Part shown: positions 43,601 to 45,127 of the stretch, one piece after another
Layout of the letters: each line of letters opens with the position of its first letter
Position numbering within the stretch: position 1 is the first letter of the stretch
From: a virus
IMG/VR virus record: IMGVR_UViG_3300035043_000056
Coordinates: 1 to 45,127 of that record
Length of the DNA stretch: 45,127 nt
Direction: 5' to 3' (one strand)
Notes under the pieces: generated by a model
Seen by the model: only the letters and a program-made list of their open reading frames with translations
Told to the model about the DNA's origin: nothing
Database searches by the model: none
Translations under genes and position numbers: made by a program

Positions 43601-44132
43601 CGGCTACCGTGGTCACTTCACTGTCAACTGCCGCAACCGTGGAAATCGCGCTCGTGATCGCACCCAATGCAGACACCTGAGAAGCGACACCGGCAACTGC
43701 CGACACATCACTATCGATACCAGCGACGGTCGTGACGTTCGCTGCAATCGCATTCACACCTGAAATCGCTGCCGAGATCGCGCCTAAAGCTGCAACCTCA
43801 GTATCAAGACCAGCAACGGTCGTGACATTCGCTGCGATACCCGCAACGGTCGTAATATCTGCTGCAATTCCGGCAACAGTCGCAATATCACCAGATCCGG
43901 CACCTAAAATCGCCAAAATTCCAGGCGCAAGGTGTTCGGTATCGACGATTTCATTCGCAAGGGTGCCATCCGACTTTTGGATCAAGCCTAAATTGGTGAT
44001 CAACTCATCGGTTGTGATCTGAATATTGTTAAATTCGATCTCAATCTTATCAGCCGGAAGCGGGGTAGTCGGGTTCGCGGTCTGAAAAGACGTAAAATCG
44101 TAACTTGGCTCGTATGGTGTAGGTGCTGACAT
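40680..44132 (-). CDS. Tail fibre (1150 aa) with a decapeptide-repeat shaft, a CBM5/12-like module and a C-terminal receptor-binding region
   Basis: The N-terminal fibre-attachment-like segment is followed by ~50 x 10-aa repeats. GAWADMTAYQYGDCVSYDGASYFCLQAHTS is a CBM5/12-like pattern. The fibre motif NLSDLDNASTARDNLSLG is also present. Confidence 0.85.
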   Translation of the reverse strand: MSAPTPYEPSYDFTSFQTANPTTPLPADKIEIEFNNIQITTDELITNLGLIQKSDGTLANEIVDTEHLAPGILAILGAGSGDIATVAGIAADITTVAGIAANVTTVAGLDTEVAALGAISAAISGVNAIAANVTTVAGIDSDVSAVAGVASQVSALGAITSAISTVAAVDSEVTTVAGIAASVAALGPISSAISAVAAIDSDVTTVAGIAGNVAAVGAIAGDVDTVAGIAANVTSVAGNATNINTVAGLDTEITALGPISANITTVAGNTTNINTVAGIDSDVTTVAGVATHVQTVSVINAEVTAVAGALTSVNAVAAIDTEVEIVAGLAPKIVSLAAIEDDIEAVAAVAGDLAGIAAIAGDISTVLAISTEIQAVAAIDTDVSAVAAIDNAVTTVAGISANVGTVAGISSDVSAVAAIDADVQTVASIAADITAATAINQADLAAVAAIDTEIAAVAAIDAAVSNVSSISSDVTTVSGISANVTTVAGISSAVSTVASNLSPITTVSTNIASVNTVSTNITNVNTVAGINANVTTVAGISANVTTVAGISANVTTVAGISTDVTTVAGISADVQTVAANIVDIQNAEENAAIAAAAAANLRGTSTTSVTIGLGSKTFTTQSGKQFNVGQYVMIVSDADPMNDYIFGQISDYTGTSLQVSVKRYEGSGSHSDWTIYIASAGDGGVIFRGAWADMTAYQYGDCVSYDGASYFCLQAHTSDLANDRPGTGTNEADYWMLAAAASSAVGALLVANNLSDLDNASTARDNLSLGTSNSPEFTAVNVGHASDSTITRVSAGVLAIEGNNILTANLIGSSVQAYSTNLAAIAALAVTDGNIIVGNGSTWVAESGATARTSLGLGTGDSPQFTAINVGHASDTTITRVSAGVIAVEGDNVVTLAATQTLTNKTLTSPTLTTPALGTPASGVLTSCTGLPLSSGVTGTLLFANFVNGSALSVTGRSANSTGVQASIAAGSDHQVLRRSGTSLGFGAVNLAQSNAVTGTLAVANGGSGAATLTGVLKGNGTSAFSAAVAGTDYVAPGTSTTFTAQQNFGSQGLSDGATINWNLATQQVAHVTLGGNRTLANPTNAVNGGTYILRVVQDGTGSRTLGYGANYKWPGGVAPTLSTGAGAVDILTFVSDGTNMYGVAQLAFA
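42378..43895 (-). repeat. 30-bp periodic coding repeat array (decapeptide VAGIxxxVxT, ~50 units)
   Basis: Covers residues ~81-585 of the fibre. Near-identical 30-bp DNA units are visible at 42421-42560. Confidence 0.9.
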
Positions 44133-44250
44133 GGGAATAGACCGCTTTTCGCTGATTTTCTTAAATCCGTGGCGAACGGGTCAATTACTGCCAACCTAAT
44201 ATTTACATCAAACGGCCCGTCAGGGCAAGACTTTATCTTTTGGGCTTGAC

Positions 44251-44664
44251 TTAGATGAAATCCGCAAGGATGCCGGTCGTAACCTTCGGGTTTTCCATAC
44301 CTTTGATCCTCTGCACCCCAAAAAAGTTGCAAACCGCATTGGCTGCGTCGTGGGTGTTCCGAATACCGGTGTGGGTCCAGCCGACGAAGAAGTCGCAATC
44401 CCCGTTCATTTCGCGGTGATAGATCGGCTTGTGATCCGAGAAGCGCACCTTGAACGATTTTCCGTTGTGCCGGACAGTGCAATATTTCGATTTCGTCTGC
44501 CTTGCCTCGTAAAGCTCGACCGTGAAACCCAGGCGCATCATCTCTTCACAAAAATAGATCCATTTGCTCTTCGAAAAACCGGCAGCGACCAAACCTTCAG
44601 CGCGACCCTTCAAATAATCCATCGTCAAAATTTTGTTCGTCGCTTTTTTATTTCGTTTTCCCAT
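44251..44664 (-). CDS. Hypothetical protein (137 aa) with an F-S-D-H-K-P motif
   Basis: ORF following GAGAG. It is the first gene after the large non-coding region. Confidence 0.68.
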   Translation of the reverse strand: MGKRNKKATNKILTMDYLKGRAEGLVAAGFSKSKWIYFCEEMMRLGFTVELYEARQTKSKYCTVRHNGKSFKVRFSDHKPIYHREMNGDCDFFVGWTHTGIRNTHDAANAVCNFFGVQRIKGMENPKVTTGILADFI

Positions 44665-44691
44665 CTCTCAGATCCTTGTGTTGTTGAAACC

Positions 44692-44802
44692 TGCTGACCA
44701 CCACAGCGTCCTGTGTGCGACCCGTAAGGGGATCGAACCCTCTGTACTCCGGTCCTTGCGGAACACCCGTTACAACCTGTCGGTCGTGCGTCTAGGTCAG
44801 CA
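44692..44802 (-). other. Structured element resembling a tRNA 3' half (not a complete tRNA)
   Basis: Minus-strand T-arm-like GAGGG-TTCGATC-CCCTT (core at 44728-44740) and anticodon-arm-like TTCCG-CAAGGAC-CGGAG. An 8-bp closing stem pairs TGCTGACC with GGTCAGCA (44795-44802 with 44692-44699). No 5' acceptor or D-arm can be paired. Confidence 0.4.
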
Positions 44803-44822
44803 TTAAAATGACCTTCGCATAT

Positions 44823-44842
44823 CTGTTGGGAATTTACAACAG
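44823..44842. promoter_or_regulatory. Operator-like dyad box, copy C (CTGTTG-N8-CAACAG)
   Basis: TGTTGGGAATTTACAACA at 44824-44841, with perfect 6-bp inverted arms. Confidence 0.6.
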
Positions 44843-44901
44843 TGAATTTCAAAATTTCAGATTTTATTTTTTGGAGATGGGGCCGCTTCTTTTGACAGTG
44901 A

Positions 44902-44953
44902 TTTTCAAAAATGCAAATTTTTGCAGACCTTGGTTTTCAAAAATGCAAATTTT
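44902..44953. repeat. 20-bp perfect direct repeat x2 in an AT-rich tract
   Basis: TTTTCAAAAATGCAAATTTT at 44902-44921 and 44934-44953. Related TTTCAAAA units lie at 44847-44870. Confidence 0.9.
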
Positions 44954-44993
44954 GTCGGGTTGGGGGCGCACCCACGCTGGCGCAGCGCGGGGT

Positions 44994-45058
44994 GAGGGGT
45001 GGGGGGTCGGATCGGATATGTAAACTAATCAATGGGTTATGAAAAGAGGGGTGGGGGT
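44994..45058. repeat. G-rich direct repeat GAGGGGTGGGGG(G)T x2
   Basis: Copies at 44994-45007 and 45046-45058; the second is also present as 46-58. GGGTTGGGGG lies upstream at 44958-44967. Confidence 0.85.
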
Positions 45059-45127
45059 GCGGATTCAAAAACGCCTTATACAGGCATTCTAAACCTTTGT
45101 TATTCCATCATGTTATCTAACACGCCT
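45001..45127. repeat. Terminal exact duplication, copy 2 (identical to 1-127)
   Basis: Identical to bases 1-127 at every position. Confidence 0.97.

Noticed and set aside
42378-43895. The 30-bp periodic repeats could be mistaken for a CRISPR array or satellite.
   Set aside because: The repeats are contiguous with no unique spacers. They lie in frame within a 1150-aa ORF and translate to a coherent decapeptide repeat. No cas genes or leader are present.
40680-44132. A diversity-generating retroelement targeting the fibre C-terminus, as seen in some podoviruses.
   Set aside because: The window contains no reverse transcriptase ORF, and I saw no template/variable repeat pair near the 3' end of the fibre or tailspike genes.
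44000-44482. The 160-aa minus-strand ORF bridging the fibre start and gene 44251-44664.
   Set aside because: It overlaps two better-supported genes in other frames, its Arg/Pro-rich translation has no recognisable features, and it crosses the 118-bp intergenic gap.
44692-44802. A complete tRNA gene on the minus strand, suggested by GGTTCGATCCC.
   Set aside because: I could not form a 7-bp acceptor stem or a D-arm, and the anticodon-like loop lacks U33. Only the 3' half is tRNA-like, so I kept it as a finding rather than a tRNA feature.
44958-45058. A canonical G-quadruplex motif in the G-rich tracts.
   Set aside because: I could not find four G3+ runs separated by loops of 1-7 nt within one stretch. 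The runs are either fused (G6) or more than 20 nt apart. I report them as direct repeats only.

Overview
The window is one complete phage genome. Bases 1-127 are repeated exactly at 45001-45127, so the unique sequence is 45,000 bp and closes into a circle (or is terminally redundant). It looks like a temperate, podovirus-like phage. An Alphaproteobacteria host is likely because it carries GapR/DUF2312-like and DUF4167-like genes. The genome has three parts. (i) A small accessory block on the + strand (670-2892), followed by a leftward unit at 2938-5719 with a winged-helix protein and a primase-helicase. (ii) A long rightward early/replication operon (5954-19570). It encodes a HAD phosphatase, MazG, an HTH regulator, a RuvC-like resolvase, an SNF2 helicase, a Cas4-like nuclease, a gp2.5-like SSB, GapR, dCMP deaminase, a HicA-like ORF and a family B DNA polymerase. 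(iii) A leftward block (44664 down to 19551) in T7-like order: tail fibre, BNR tailspike, holin, amidase, spanins, TerL, portal, scaffold, capsid, tubular proteins and internal virion proteins, ending with xis and int. I saw no rRNA gene, CRISPR array, reverse transcriptase or complete tRNA. The signals that gene calls do not explain are listed here. (1) The exact 10-mer TGTCGGGGTT occurs 11 times, in all three reading frames and in intergenic DNA. (2) An 18-bp dyad box, TGTTGGGAATTnnCAACA, sits in four intergenic control regions, with a degenerate fifth copy on the early promoter. (3) A TGTCCAC iteron (DnaA-box-like) cluster lies at the 3' end of the primase gene. (4) At least eight proteins share a C-terminal [LV]-x-[DN]-M-[FLM] tail. 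(5) The 1150-aa tail fibre contains about 50 in-register decapeptide repeats. (6) A repeat-rich 435-bp non-coding region contains a tRNA-3'-half-like structured element. All functional calls come from motif recognition by eye; no database search was run.
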